This document shows, in pieces, positions 47,358-58,355 of a stretch of DNA of 64,000 nt. Under the pieces are notes generated by a model. The model was not told where the DNA came from, did not search any database, and saw nothing but the letters and a program-made list of their open reading frames with translations. A program made the translations under genes and the position numbers. The first letter of the stretch is position 1; each line of letters opens with the position of its first letter. This stretch comes from an uncultured Bacteroidia bacterium (GTDB lineage: Bacteria > Bacteroidota > Bacteroidia > Bacteroidales > F082), in contig CAJVWU010000001.1 in the NCBI GenBank assembly GCA_913009755.1, positions 60,494-124,493 of the forward strand. Direction: 5' to 3'.

Positions 47358-48041
47358 TTACGTACTCAACCGGCTTTGCAATTCGTCAATAATATTCTGG
47401 AATTTGCGGAGCACCCGGCCCCATTCCCGGTAGCGTTCATCACTTTTTACACTCGTCCCCGGTTTCCCCGACTCTTCGCTCACAAGCTTTACTTTGTAAG
47501 TTAAAGGATTGGTATCCCCGAGTTTTACAATCATCCTTGTGCGTATGGTATTTTGCTTAAAACTTTTCACTACCCATGCTGTTCGCAGGTATCCCGTTTC
47601 ACGGTCGGTAACTTCTATCACATCAAAGTAAGAAGTAATGATCATGCTGATCAGCTTCCAGGCCTCCAGTTCACTTTTGTTGGTTTTCAGTTCAATGTCA
47701 ACGTTGGCAATGTCGGTTTGTACCGAGGCATCATAAGCATCATCGCGGTTCATTTGAAAATAGTAGGACTTTGGTGGTGTGGCATGGTTTTTTTTGTTGC
47801 AAAAAGTAATGGTTTCGGTTAAAAAGCCCATCTTTTTCACCTGTACGGTGACACAACTCTTTGAAAGCACAATCACCTCGGTGTGGCCTTTGCCCATTAA
47901 CTGGCCGTCAATATAGATTTCCGCATCACTTTCGGATGTGCTGAGCAAAATGGTCTTTTTCCCGGCCATGGCATCAAAAGAAAATAAGGTGCCCATTAGA
48001 AACATAAACAGGAAACCCAATATTGTGTAATGTCTTTTCAT
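47358..48041 (-). CDS. Hypothetical secreted protein with N-terminal PEGA-like domain
   Basis: Signal peptide. SDAEIYIDGQLMGKGHTEVIV resembles a PEGA domain. Confidence 0.5.
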   Translation of the reverse strand: MKRHYTILGFLFMFLMGTLFSFDAMAGKKTILLSTSESDAEIYIDGQLMGKGHTEVIVLSKSCVTVQVKKMGFLTETITFCNKKNHATPPKSYYFQMNRDDAYDASVQTDIANVDIELKTNKSELEAWKLISMIITSYFDVIEVTDRETGYLRTAWVVKSFKQNTIRTRMIVKLGDTNPLTYKVKLVSEESGKPGTSVKSDERYREWGRVLRKFQNIIDELQSRLST

Positions 48042-48170
48042 GATATTATTTTTTATGGATTGAACAGGTAGTAATACGTTGAATCGTTTAAAAAGTTCTG
48101 AAAAACGGGATTGTCACCTTCCTGCGAAGATGTGGGAACCAAATGAATGTTACTTTCACATTGCAGCATA

Positions 48171-49295
48171 TCATATATAATCAACAAAATTATCAGGATT
48201 AACCAAATTGAATTTTGCATTGATATAAGCATCTGAAAAAGCTTTGGGGACTTTTACCTTTTTATTTGCATTCCATTTAAATTCGAAGGCATTGAGTTGT
48301 CCTGATGTTTCTTCTATTAAATCTATTTCCTGTTTGTCGTAAGTTCTCCAGAAATAATAGTTTGCGTGCGTTTTATTATAAGTTGCCATCTTTAATTTTT
48401 CTGAAATGCAATAATTTTCCCATAATTTTCCAATATCATCTCTTAATGAAATAGTATTATAATTTGAAATCAAACTGTTTCTTATTCCATTATCCCAAAA
48501 ATAATACCTCGGTGTTTTTGAGTATTCCTTTCTTAGATTCCTGCTAAAACCTGGCAAAGAAAAAATTATATATGATTTTTCCAGAATGTTTAAATACCGC
48601 TGAATCGTCTTTTTATTCACGTTCAGATTTGAAGCTAATTCCGAATATGAAATATCGTTTCCTATCTGAAAGGCGATTAATCGAAGTAGGTTGAAAATAA
48701 AAGTTGAATCTTTTTGATTATCCAGCTCCAGGACATCTTTCAGAAGATAACCATTTTTTATGGAGTTGAGCACATCAACTTTTCCATCCAAAGTTTTTGA
48801 TGTAATTACACGGGGATACGTACCGTAAATAAGTTTGGATTCAAGGTTTTCTTTATAGGATAGGTAGTCTTCGTTTAATTCGCTGTGAACTATCGGAAAA
48901 AGGTATAGGTAATTACTCCTGCCTGTTAAAGGTTCTCCTGTTTTATTTCTTAAATCCAAAGCCGAAGAACCGGTAATAAAAATGCTTAGATTGGCTATAG
49001 AATCAACAAGGAGTTTGAGACTTTGCCCAATATTAGGAATTTTCTGTGCTTCATCAATAAAAAGATAATCGTATCCTGAAATAAACCTTTTTAAAATACT
49101 TAACCGTTGGGATGATAGAATGTCAGCAACATCTAAATTGTCGCCCTGTACCAGGAGTACCTTGTTCTGTTTTAATTTATTTTTTATCTCATGCATCAAA
49201 ACGGTTTTGCCTGTCCGCCTGGCACCAAACAAACCTGTAACATTAGCAGGTTTTAATGAATGTAAAATTTGATTTTCAATTTTTCTTTTGATCAT
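48171..49295 (-). CDS. AAA+ ATPase with DUF4143-type domain (second, divergent copy)
   Basis: Walker A GARRTGKT, Walker B LFIDEAQ, a wHTH-like middle segment (YSELASNLNVNKKTIQRYL) and a C-terminal EIDLIEE. Confidence 0.85.
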   Translation of the reverse strand: MIKRKIENQILHSLKPANVTGLFGARRTGKTVLMHEIKNKLKQNKVLLVQGDNLDVADILSSQRLSILKRFISGYDYLFIDEAQKIPNIGQSLKLLVDSIANLSIFITGSSALDLRNKTGEPLTGRSNYLYLFPIVHSELNEDYLSYKENLESKLIYGTYPRVITSKTLDGKVDVLNSIKNGYLLKDVLELDNQKDSTFIFNLLRLIAFQIGNDISYSELASNLNVNKKTIQRYLNILEKSYIIFSLPGFSRNLRKEYSKTPRYYFWDNGIRNSLISNYNTISLRDDIGKLWENYCISEKLKMATYNKTHANYYFWRTYDKQEIDLIEETSGQLNAFEFKWNANKKVKVPKAFSDAYINAKFNLVNPDNFVDYI

Positions 49296-49482
49296 TGTAC
49301 TGCAAACCGTGTTAATACGGATAGCGTAATGCCCGAATTAATATTAATACAGGTGGCTAAAATAGTAAATAAATTTGTTTTAACAGATAAAAATCCTTAT
49401 CCTTTTATTTTTCTGCACAAGTTGAATCAAAATAAAATTTAGCCTCACTACTTTTCCTTATCCCTGAATTTGGTTAATTTAC

Positions 49483-49490
49483 TACTTTTG
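49483..49490 (+). promoter_or_regulatory. Bacteroidota -7 box (TAnnTTTG) upstream of trpS
   Basis: TACTTTTG ends 5 nt before ATG 49496, implying a very short leader or none. Confidence 0.35.
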
Positions 49491-49495
49491 CGCGC

Positions 49496-50503
49496 ATGGA
49501 AAAAAAGGCAATTGTACTGAGCGGCATACGCCCGACGGGAAACCTGCACCTCGGTAATTATTTCGGGGCGGTAAAGAACTTTGTGAAAATGCAGGACAAC
49601 TTTACCTGTTACTTTTTCATTGCGGATTATCACATGCTGACAACCCATCCGAAACCGGATGATTTACAAGGAAAAGCAAGGCAGGTGATCATCGAATACC
49701 TTGCTGCCGGCCTCGACCCGGAAATGGCCACGATTTACCTGCAAAGCGACTTGCCGGAAACGGCCGAACTCTATCTTTTTCTCAATATGAATGCCTACAA
49801 AGGCGAACTGGAAAGGGTAACCACCTTTAAGGAAAAAGCACGCAAACAGCCGAACAACATCAATGCCGGGTTGCTCACTTACCCCACGCTGATGGCTGCG
49901 GATATCCTGATCCACAAATCGCACCTGGTGCCAGTGGGCAAAGACCAGGAGCAGCATCTGGAAATGACCCGTACTTTTGCCCGTAGGTTCAACCGCATGT
50001 ACAAGACGGATTATTTTCCCATCCCGCGGGCATTCAATTTTGAGGATGAACTTGTAAAAATACCCGGACTCGACGGCTCCGGGAAAATGGGGAAAACCGA
50101 GGGCGAGGGCAATGCCGTATTCCTGGGTGAAGATATTAAATCAATACGGAAAAAAGTAATGCGTGCAGTCACTGACAGTGGCCCGGTTGAAATGAACCAG
50201 GAGAAACCGGAACCCATTCAAAACCTGTTTACCCTGATGAATGCGGTTTCTGATCCCGAAACGGTGCAATATTTTGATGATCAATACAACAACTGTTCGA
50301 TCCGCTATGGAGACCTGAAAAAGCAACTGGCGGAAGATATCATCAAATTTACAGAACCTTTCCGTGAAAGGATCAAAGCGCTTTCCGCCGACAGGGATTA
50401 CATTGACAAAGTCATAGAGATGGGTGCCGAAAAAGCCCGTGCCAGCGCCGTGCCCACCGTACGGGGCGTCCGTGAAATCATTGGTTTCAGGAAGATATAC
50501 TAA
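49496..50503 (+). CDS. trpS: Tryptophan--tRNA ligase
   Basis: GIRPTGNLHLGNY (HIGH-like), VPVGKDQEQH, KMGKT (KMSKS-like). Confidence 0.95.
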   Translation: MEKKAIVLSGIRPTGNLHLGNYFGAVKNFVKMQDNFTCYFFIADYHMLTTHPKPDDLQGKARQVIIEYLAAGLDPEMATIYLQSDLPETAELYLFLNMNAYKGELERVTTFKEKARKQPNNINAGLLTYPTLMAADILIHKSHLVPVGKDQEQHLEMTRTFARRFNRMYKTDYFPIPRAFNFEDELVKIPGLDGSGKMGKTEGEGNAVFLGEDIKSIRKKVMRAVTDSGPVEMNQEKPEPIQNLFTLMNAVSDPETVQYFDDQYNNCSIRYGDLKKQLAEDIIKFTEPFRERIKALSADRDYIDKVIEMGAEKARASAVPTVRGVREIIGFRKIY

Positions 50504-50674
50504 TTCAACTGCAATCATTGCTTCAAGTGTGGATACCTGAAGCAAATGTCACCAAATAAAAAGAAAAACCGGTTTAAGCGTTCACTGAAAGCCTTGAATC
50601 AAAATAATTAATAACTTGAAACAACTATTTTCTCCCCACCGGGGAAGATACCAAAGGCAGAGGAGGCCAGGGTC

Positions 50675-51871
50675 ATGACAGAACACCAGCTAAATACAAA
50701 AACAGAACCGGAAAAAGCGGTTTTAGTCGGGCTGATAACACAGTCTCAGGATAAAAGAAAAGTTGACGAATACCTCGACGAACTGGCATTCCTCGTTGAA
50801 ACGGCGGGAGGAATTCCTGTTAAGCGGTTTACACAATCCCTGTCCTTTCCCAACCCCAAAACTTATGTGGGAACAGGTAAACTTGAAGAGATCAGGCAAT
50901 ATGTAAAAGCCGCTGATGCCGACCTGGTGGTTTGCGATGATGAGCTGGGGCCGTCGCAAATAAGAAACCTCGAAAAAACACTGGAATGCAAAATCCTTGA
51001 CCGTACTAACCTTATCCTTGACATATTTGCCAAAAGGGCACAAACGGCACATGCCAAAGTTCAGGTTGAACTGGCACAATACCAGTATCTTCTTCCCCGG
51101 TTGACGCGGATGTGGACGCACCTTGAAAGGCAGCGGGGCGGTATCGGTTTGCGCGGACCGGGTGAAACAGAAATTGAAACCGACCGGCGGATCATCCGGG
51201 ACAAAATTTCCCTTTTAAAAAAGAAGCTGGTACAGATAGACAAACAGAAAGCCACACAGCGTAAAAACCGGGGTAAACTGGTTCGTGTTGCATTGGTTGG
51301 TTATACTAATGTGGGCAAATCCACACTGATGAATCTGATCAGCAAATCGGACATTTTTGCCGAAAACAAGCTGTTTGCCACACTGGATACCACGGTCAGG
51401 AAAGTGATCATTGAAAATCTGCCGTTCCTTCTTTCCGACACGGTGGGTTTTATCAGAAAACTCCCACACAATCTGGTTGAATCCTTCAAATCAACGTTGG
51501 ATGAAGTGAGGGAATCGGACATACTTGTCCATGTGGTTGACATTTCCCATCCTGAATTTGAGGACCAGATAAAAACCGTTAACCAAACGCTGGCTGAAAT
51601 AGGGGTGGCTGAAAAGCCCGTGATCATGGCATTTAATAAAATAGATATTTATCAGTATGTAAAAAAAGAGGAGGATGACCTTACCCCGGCCACACAAGAA
51701 AATATGAACCTCGGGCAACTGAAATCAAGCTGGATGGCCAAAGATAACCATCCCTGCATCTTTTTGTCAGCCAAAACAAAAGAAAACTACGAACAATTCA
51801 AAAAACTGCTTTACAGTCATATCCGCGATGTACATGCTGTACGATACCCGTATAATGATTTTTTATATTGA
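50675..51871 (+). CDS. hflX: GTPase HflX
   Basis: HflX N-domain (ILDIFAKRAQTAHAKVQVELAQ), G1 GYTNVGKST, G3 DTVGF, G4 NKID. Confidence 0.9.
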   Translation: MTEHQLNTKTEPEKAVLVGLITQSQDKRKVDEYLDELAFLVETAGGIPVKRFTQSLSFPNPKTYVGTGKLEEIRQYVKAADADLVVCDDELGPSQIRNLEKTLECKILDRTNLILDIFAKRAQTAHAKVQVELAQYQYLLPRLTRMWTHLERQRGGIGLRGPGETEIETDRRIIRDKISLLKKKLVQIDKQKATQRKNRGKLVRVALVGYTNVGKSTLMNLISKSDIFAENKLFATLDTTVRKVIIENLPFLLSDTVGFIRKLPHNLVESFKSTLDEVRESDILVHVVDISHPEFEDQIKTVNQTLAEIGVAEKPVIMAFNKIDIYQYVKKEEDDLTPATQENMNLGQLKSSWMAKDNHPCIFLSAKTKENYEQFKKLLYSHIRDVHAVRYPYNDFLY

Positions 51872-52039
51872 TGCGTTGCAGGGGTTTTATTAATCACGGA
51901 ACGATAGCGGATGGGTTGGATGAAAAAGGATGAATTTTGAATTTAGCAGCTTTTGTTTCAGATGGGGCACATTGTGAAAAATTTTATAAAAGAATAAAAT
52001 AAACCTTTCATCCTTAAAAAAAGATTTGATCTTTGTCAG

Positions 52040-52900
52040 ATGGCCGCTACTATAACCACAACCACCATCATCCTAGTTATCCTGTTGATTATTCTGTTTA
52101 AGAAAATGATCAGGAGCTTTGAAAATCCCAAAACAACCCACGGGCAAACACCTGCCGATGCGGGCATTGACTTTGAAGAAATTTATTTTGAAACGGCCAA
52201 CACCCGTAAATGTTACGGCTGGCTGATTCGTGAAAACAAAACATCGCCGACCCTCATTCTTGTACACGGCTGGGGCAGGAACACGGGAAGGATGTTACCG
52301 TACATCAAAAACCTTTACGGAAAAGGATTTAATCTGCTGGCTTTTGATTCCAGGAATCACGGCAACAGCGATGACGACGACCATTCCACCATGAAAAAGT
52401 TTGCCGAAGACATCTCTGCGTCCATTGATTTTATTGAGGAACATTCCGGGATTACCAATAAAAACATTGGGGTTATCGGGCTGTCCATAGGAGGTGCGGC
52501 AACCATTTATGCTACCGGCCATGATGACCGGATACATGCCGCGGTAACCGTAGGCGCTTTTGCCAATCCGCTGGACATGATGCGCCATCAGTTAAGCAGC
52601 CATTACATCCCGTTTTATCCTGTCGGGTGGCTGCTTATCAAATACCTTCAAAAACGGGTGGGATTCAGGTTTGAAGACATTGCCCCCGAAAAATTCATTG
52701 GCAAAAACAAAGCATCCGTTTTATTGATCCACGGCAAAGACGACAAAACCGTTCCTTTTTCAAATGCCGAAAGGTTGCTCGCTGTGGGAACAGGAAACAC
52801 TGCTATTTGGGGGATTTCCGGCAGGGGACATTCCGATTGCCACCTGGAAAAAGGTTTTTGGGGAAAGATTGTAAGTTTTTTAAATAAAAATCTGAAATAA
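52040..52900 (+). CDS. Alpha/beta hydrolase with N-terminal membrane anchor
   Basis: LVHGWG, nucleophile elbow GLSIGG, LLIHGKDD..GH. Confidence 0.8.
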   Translation: MAATITTTTIILVILLIILFKKMIRSFENPKTTHGQTPADAGIDFEEIYFETANTRKCYGWLIRENKTSPTLILVHGWGRNTGRMLPYIKNLYGKGFNLLAFDSRNHGNSDDDDHSTMKKFAEDISASIDFIEEHSGITNKNIGVIGLSIGGAATIYATGHDDRIHAAVTVGAFANPLDMMRHQLSSHYIPFYPVGWLLIKYLQKRVGFRFEDIAPEKFIGKNKASVLLIHGKDDKTVPFSNAERLLAVGTGNTAIWGISGRGHSDCHLEKGFWGKIVSFLNKNLK

Positions 52901-53059
52901 TTTCACGCGGCGGCGTCACAACCGCAACGTTTAAATATAAGCTGTCAAAACAAATCCGCTGCGTTTGCTGCGTGATATCCATCAAAATTTTAGGGGATGA
53001 TCAAAATAAATCACATTAAATGACCGTTCCGAATTACTATATTCGCACACTATGAACAA

Positions 53060-54679
53060 ATGAACCCCATGAAAAGAATTCATCTTTTGCTTCTTTCCAT
53101 CCTTTCAGGCCTGTTGTTTGCCCTGGCATGGCCCGAACGGGGGTTTGTCCCGTTGCTGTTTTTTGCTTTCGTTCCGTTGTTTTTTATCCAGCAACAGCTT
53201 GGTGATTCGGGCAAAAAAGGTATGTTCTGGTATGCCTGGCTGGCATTTATCATCTGGAACGCGCTGACAACATGGTGGATATGGAATTCTACCAGCGTGG
53301 GGGCTGTCCTGGCCATTGTGTTGAACTCCTTGTTTATGGCCGTTGTTTTCTGGCTTTTCCACCTTTCCAAAAAAATGCTTTATCAAAACAAACAGGGATT
53401 TTTTATTCTCGTCTTTTACTGGATCAGTTGGGAGTATTTTCACATGAACTGGGATTTGAGCTGGTCGTGGCTGAACCTGGGAAACGGGTTTGCGGCTTAT
53501 GACAAATGGATTCAGTGGTATGAATATACCGGTATTCTTGGCGGCACTTTCTGGGTGCTTGCCGTAAACATCGTGGCTTATCATTTTGTCAATTATCTGT
53601 TCTTTTTAAAAGAAAAAAAGCCGGTCATTATATATAGTATCATTTTATTTTTGCTACTTTTTATTCCCGTCACTCTTTCATATATTATTTATAATCATTA
53701 TGTTGAAAAAGGAAAACCGGTTGAAGTCGTCGTTGTCCAGCCCAATACCGATCCTTACCACGAACAATATAACCTTGCCCCCGAAACCATCCTGGAGCGG
53801 AACCTGAAACTGGCCGAAAAGAAAATTACCGACAGTACTGATTTTGTTGTTTTCCCCGAGTCCACACTTTATGACGGGAGAAACGGCATCTGGGAAGGGG
53901 CTTTGATGAGGTCACCGTTGCTGATCAAACTCAAATCATTCATTCAGGAACATCCGCAGATCACCGTAGTAATTGGTGCTTCCACTTATCGCCTGATCGG
54001 TGAAAACGAAAAAAAGACCAATGCCGCACGTAAATTCACCAACAGCAATGAGTATTATTATGCTTACAATACAGCATTGATGATTGACAAAACGGGGGTG
54101 TTTCAAATCCATCATAAATCGAAGCTGGCACCCGGAGTGGAGGTCATGCCATCGTGGGGGATTTTAAAACCGGTTGAGAAACTTGCCCTCAACCTTGGAG
54201 GGACAATTGGTACACTGAAAAAAGATAAAGGCATCGTAATTTTTACGGATAAACAGGGTATCGGCATTTCGCCCGTTATATGCTACGAATCGGTTTATGG
54301 TGAATTTGTAGGCAAAACCGTCCGCAAAGGTGCCGGCCTGATTTTCGTGATTACCAACGACGGGTGGTGGGGTAACACCCCCGGATACCGACAGCATTTT
54401 CTGTTCTCGGTACTCAGGGCCATTGAAACCAGGCGCTGCGTGGCACGTTCGGCCAATACCGGCATTTCGGCTTTTATAAACCAGCGGGGCGATGTCTTCC
54501 AAAAAACCAAATATTGGGAACCGGCAGTCATCAGGCAGAGCCTGCCGGTGAACACCCGTGAAACTTTTTATGTAAAATACGGTGATTACTTGGCCAGAAT
54601 ATCTGTTTTTATCAGTGCCTTTGTTTTTCTGATCGCCATGGTAAGGGGTTATCTTCGTAAAAGAAACAGTTTGTTTTAA
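53060..54679 (+). CDS. lnt: Apolipoprotein N-acyltransferase
   Basis: N-terminal multi-TM domain plus a CN-hydrolase domain (VVFPES, ICYES catalytic Cys, NDGWWG). Confidence 0.9.
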   Translation: MNPMKRIHLLLLSILSGLLFALAWPERGFVPLLFFAFVPLFFIQQQLGDSGKKGMFWYAWLAFIIWNALTTWWIWNSTSVGAVLAIVLNSLFMAVVFWLFHLSKKMLYQNKQGFFILVFYWISWEYFHMNWDLSWSWLNLGNGFAAYDKWIQWYEYTGILGGTFWVLAVNIVAYHFVNYLFFLKEKKPVIIYSIILFLLLFIPVTLSYIIYNHYVEKGKPVEVVVVQPNTDPYHEQYNLAPETILERNLKLAEKKITDSTDFVVFPESTLYDGRNGIWEGALMRSPLLIKLKSFIQEHPQITVVIGASTYRLIGENEKKTNAARKFTNSNEYYYAYNTALMIDKTGVFQIHHKSKLAPGVEVMPSWGILKPVEKLALNLGGTIGTLKKDKGIVIFTDKQGIGISPVICYESVYGEFVGKTVRKGAGLIFVITNDGWWGNTPGYRQHFLFSVLRAIETRRCVARSANTGISAFINQRGDVFQKTKYWEPAVIRQSLPVNTRETFYVKYGDYLARISVFISAFVFLIAMVRGYLRKRNSLF

Positions 54680-54838
54680 TAACCCCGGTCATCTCATTAT
54701 TTCCATATTCTTTTATCCGGAATTTAGCTGACAAAACGTTTTTATGAAATTTTAACCTTTTTTGAGCAGGTAAAAATGACAGTAAAATACAGTAGGCATT
54801 ATAATTGCAAAGTGAATATTTGTAATTTTGCAAATGTT

Positions 54839-55249
54839 ATGGAAGATGAAAATTTCAAAAAGGATTTAGACGAATTGTTCCACCTGTTTAAAAAGGTGGT
54901 TGAAAAACGTGACCTTAATGAAGTGCCGGGAATGGATAAGTTTATGTTGCAACAGTTTCAGTTCTTTTTCAGCAACTACGATCAGATGAAGGATCAGATT
55001 GCTGACCAGTTGCAGGGCCAGTTTGGCGATTCAATAAAAGAAATGGTGCGCTCATTGGTCATGCAACTTCGGGAAGAAGTGGGAGATGATGAGTTCCTTC
55101 CAGAAAAAGAAGAGCCCAAACCGCTTGTCGCTATTGACGAAACAGAAACAGACATAGTAAAGATTGACGAGATGCTGAAGAATCCCGACCTTACCGAAGA
55201 ACAGGTTAATGAACTTCTGGACCGGAGGGCGAACCTTTCATCCATTTAA
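54839..55249 (+). CDS. Hypothetical acidic protein
   Basis: Clean ORF, helical/acidic composition, no recognised motif. ATG 54839 is preferred to 54776. Confidence 0.4.
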   Translation: MEDENFKKDLDELFHLFKKVVEKRDLNEVPGMDKFMLQQFQFFFSNYDQMKDQIADQLQGQFGDSIKEMVRSLVMQLREEVGDDEFLPEKEEPKPLVAIDETETDIVKIDEMLKNPDLTEEQVNELLDRRANLSSI

Positions 55250-55284
55250 TTTTCCAGCAACCAGACTGATAATTTTTTAAACGT

Positions 55285-55893
55285 ATGGCATTCAATCCCA
55301 AAGCTTGGATTTCCGGCTATCTGAAAAAGAAAAAACCTTTTGCTATTGCCACGGATATTTTCTTTATCGTGTTTATTGTTCTTTTAATTATTCCCGGAAC
55401 CCGGAAAGAATTTTCTTCTCTGCTCATCCGGTTAACTTCATTGCCACCCAGCACCCTTGCCACGGATGAGCAGTATAATGTGAACAAGGCGGTAAACTTA
55501 TGGCAGTTATATGATCAAAAAGACCATCCGGTAACTTTTGGCAAACTGAATGAAAAACCGGTATTCATTAATTTCTGGGCTACCTGGTGTCCGCCCTGCA
55601 TCGCAGAGTTGCCGGGTATTTCCGAATTGTATGAAAAATATAAAGCGGATGTGAATTTTGTTTTTGTGAGCAATGAAAGCCCTGAAACCGTTAAAAAGTT
55701 TGCACTGAAGCATGATTATCAGGACTTGCCGTTTTATTTTTCCGGAACGGTTCCTCCCGATTTTGCAAGCAACAGTATCCCGGCAACTTTCATCATCAGC
55801 CGTACCGGTAAAGTGGTGGTTGTCAAAAGAGGTGCTGCCCGGTGGAATACAGGAAAAACAGAAACGATCCTAAAACAATTGATCAAAGAATAA
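55285..55893 (+). CDS. TlpA/ResA-like thiol:disulfide oxidoreductase (thioredoxin fold)
   Basis: N-terminal TM anchor. FWATWCPPCIAELP. Confidence 0.8.
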   Translation: MAFNPKAWISGYLKKKKPFAIATDIFFIVFIVLLIIPGTRKEFSSLLIRLTSLPPSTLATDEQYNVNKAVNLWQLYDQKDHPVTFGKLNEKPVFINFWATWCPPCIAELPGISELYEKYKADVNFVFVSNESPETVKKFALKHDYQDLPFYFSGTVPPDFASNSIPATFIISRTGKVVVVKRGAARWNTGKTETILKQLIKE

Positions 55894-55942
55894 TCCGTTA
55901 TTCATTCAAATAGTATCTTTGCTTTTTGAAACTTCAATAAAT

Positions 55943-56620
55943 ATGAAAAAGATATCAATCGCTTTACTTCTTTTGTCCGGAATAACCCTTTTGCAGAGTG
56001 TTAATGCACAAGTGCTTAGTGAGAGTGCCAAAAGAAAATTTACCGTCGGCATAAATCTCTATACTACATTATGGCAAACTGATTTTCTTAACCCCGAAGT
56101 TAAAACCCGCACCATTAACCAGGGAACGGATGTGTTTTTCATGTACAACATACCATTGAAAAAAGGCGGCCTTTCTTCGTTCTCAGCTGGACTGGAAATA
56201 CGAAGCGAAAATATGTACACCAACGCAACGATTCAGGATATAAAAGCCGACACCATTGTTTTTACACCCATCAAAGAAAACTACAAAAGGGCAAAAATTA
56301 ACGTAAACTACATTAATTTGCCGTTGGAACTTAAATTCAGGACCAAAGGCGGTTTTAAAGCTACGGTGGGTTTTAAAGTAGGTTACCTGATGAGCAGCAA
56401 ACAAAAACATGTGGGCGACCGCCCGGACGACAACAAACATGTAAATGAAAAATCCATTAAAATCAACCAGGTGGAAAAATTTACTTACGGGCCAAGCCTC
56501 CGTGTGGGTTATAAATGGATCAGCGTATATGCCTATTACCAGCTTTCAAAAGTTTTCAAGTCAGGGTTCGGACCGCAAATTTACCCCATATCACTGGGAA
56601 TCACGATTACTCCTTTTTGA
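55943..56620 (+). CDS. Small outer-membrane beta-barrel protein (porin-family/OMP_b-brl-like)
   Basis: Signal peptide MKKISIALLLLSGITLLQSVNA. Alternating strand pattern. C-terminal ..LGITITPF. Confidence 0.6.
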   Translation: MKKISIALLLLSGITLLQSVNAQVLSESAKRKFTVGINLYTTLWQTDFLNPEVKTRTINQGTDVFFMYNIPLKKGGLSSFSAGLEIRSENMYTNATIQDIKADTIVFTPIKENYKRAKINVNYINLPLELKFRTKGGFKATVGFKVGYLMSSKQKHVGDRPDDNKHVNEKSIKINQVEKFTYGPSLRVGYKWISVYAYYQLSKVFKSGFGPQIYPISLGITITPF

Positions 56621-56637
56621 TCTGTCTTCCATTTTCA

Positions 56638-57636
56638 TTAATCGTTATACACAACCGATAGCAAAACAATTCCGGTAATTTTCAGGCTTTCTTTATCAAT
56701 TATTGACATATTGTCACCGGTAGTATGCCAGTATTCAAAAAAGGTTTGATTCGAACTTTCGGGACGAAGGTCAATAATGTCAATTGACGGAATCTTTGCA
56801 TATTCGTTTACAAAGACATGGTCATCGCTGATGGCCGGGCCATCTTCGGAAATGAAATAATTGCCATACCCCAGGTCCTGGGCCGTGCTCCATACCTTAT
56901 CCAGATAGTAGCGGGCATAATCCCTGGAATAGCCTTCTTTTCTGAAAGTCGGGTCTTTGGCACCAACCATATCCAGCAAAATACCAAATTGGGCGGAATA
57001 TCCGTAAACATGCGGGTTTTTTGCCCAGTATTGCGAGCCCAGTCCCCAGTATTCTTCCTTGTACATTTTTAAATCGGTGGGCGGCCCCCAGTCTTCCAGG
57101 TCAAAAAGGACAATGTCAACCCCAACAGTTGGTTTTTGCAAAGTAAACTGCCGGGCCATTTCGAGCAATACGCCCACACCGCTTGCCCCGTCGTTGGCAC
57201 CGTCAATGGGGGTCCTTCGTTTTGACGGATCGGGATCATGGTCGGCAAACGGCCTTGAATCCCAATGCGACATCAACAGGATCCGTTTTTTGTTTTCGGG
57301 ATTAAAGGAAGCGATAATGTTCTCCCCGTTTCTGACCACTTTATCATAAGTCCTGGCTTTGAAATGCTGGACAATAACGGTATCACTGTATTGATCGAAT
57401 TTTTTGGTAAGCCACTTCAAACAGGCACTGTGTGCCTTGGTCCCCGGGACACGCGGGCCGAAAGACACCTGCTTGTCCACATAATAATAAGCCGAATCAG
57501 CATTGAAATGCGGAACAACAACAGTTGCTTTCCGCACAGGTTTTTCTTTGGACTGAACGGTTTTATGACCCTGGTCACAGGAAGACAATGCCGTGAAAAC
57601 AATGATCAGTATAACAAGAAAAGATTTGAATTTCAT
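56638..57636 (-). CDS. M28-family peptidase / glutaminyl-cyclase-like lipoprotein
   Basis: Lipobox LSSC. SHWDSRPFAD, GANDGASGV, VLFDLEDWG. Confidence 0.8.
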   Translation of the reverse strand: MKFKSFLVILIIVFTALSSCDQGHKTVQSKEKPVRKATVVVPHFNADSAYYYVDKQVSFGPRVPGTKAHSACLKWLTKKFDQYSDTVIVQHFKARTYDKVVRNGENIIASFNPENKKRILLMSHWDSRPFADHDPDPSKRRTPIDGANDGASGVGVLLEMARQFTLQKPTVGVDIVLFDLEDWGPPTDLKMYKEEYWGLGSQYWAKNPHVYGYSAQFGILLDMVGAKDPTFRKEGYSRDYARYYLDKVWSTAQDLGYGNYFISEDGPAISDDHVFVNEYAKIPSIDIIDLRPESSNQTFFEYWHTTGDNMSIIDKESLKITGIVLLSVVYND

Positions 57637-57669
57637 CGTTTAAAAATTATCGCCCAAAAGTAGATAAAA

Positions 57670-58266
57670 TCAAAACAAATCCGATGATTCCCCAAACTTA
57701 CCGGTAAAAACCGTTTCCTTCAAAGGCTTCCTTTTCCGTTCTTCCATCTCAGATTTTTTCATGTCCTCCGGCAGTGTATCCGCATCCCCGTAATATCCGA
57801 TGGCAGTTACTGAAATCGCCTGATAATCACCGGGAATTTCAAATAATCCGGTTGCTTTTTCCGCATCGAATCCGCTCATCTGGTGGCCAACCAACCCCTG
57901 ATTGACCACTTCTGTAACCATCATGGCCACAGCCTGCCCGGTATCATATTTGAAAGTCACGTTTTTTCGTCCTTTATATTCGTGTGTCTTTTTTCCGAGG
58001 TTCAATATCAGTACCGGCGCTTTCCCGGCCCATTGCCGGTTCCACTCCAACAGGGTTTCGAGGATCATGTCCCATGTTTTTTCACCTTTTATTCCCACAA
58101 TAAAACGCCAGGGCTGCTCATTGTAAGCCGATGGCGCCCAGCGTGCCGCTTCCAAAATACTTTGCAATTTTTCTTTTTCAACGGGCTTTTCGCTGAATGC
58201 CCTGGGACTCCAGCGTTGCTTCAACAAATCGTTAATGGGATAATTGTTGTTAATTGGTTTTTGCAT
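57670..58266 (-). CDS. Nitroreductase-family protein
   Basis: RWSPRAF, APSAYNEQPWRF. Confidence 0.85.
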   Translation of the reverse strand: MQKPINNNYPINDLLKQRWSPRAFSEKPVEKEKLQSILEAARWAPSAYNEQPWRFIVGIKGEKTWDMILETLLEWNRQWAGKAPVLILNLGKKTHEYKGRKNVTFKYDTGQAVAMMVTEVVNQGLVGHQMSGFDAEKATGLFEIPGDYQAISVTAIGYYGDADTLPEDMKKSEMEERKRKPLKETVFTGKFGESSDLF

Positions 58267-58355
58267 GTGTTTATAATTTTGAAATAATTGTTCTTCTGGG
58301 TGAACCGACGGGCCAACCCGTCTGTTCGCAGTTGTTTCATCTGATTATTTTTTAC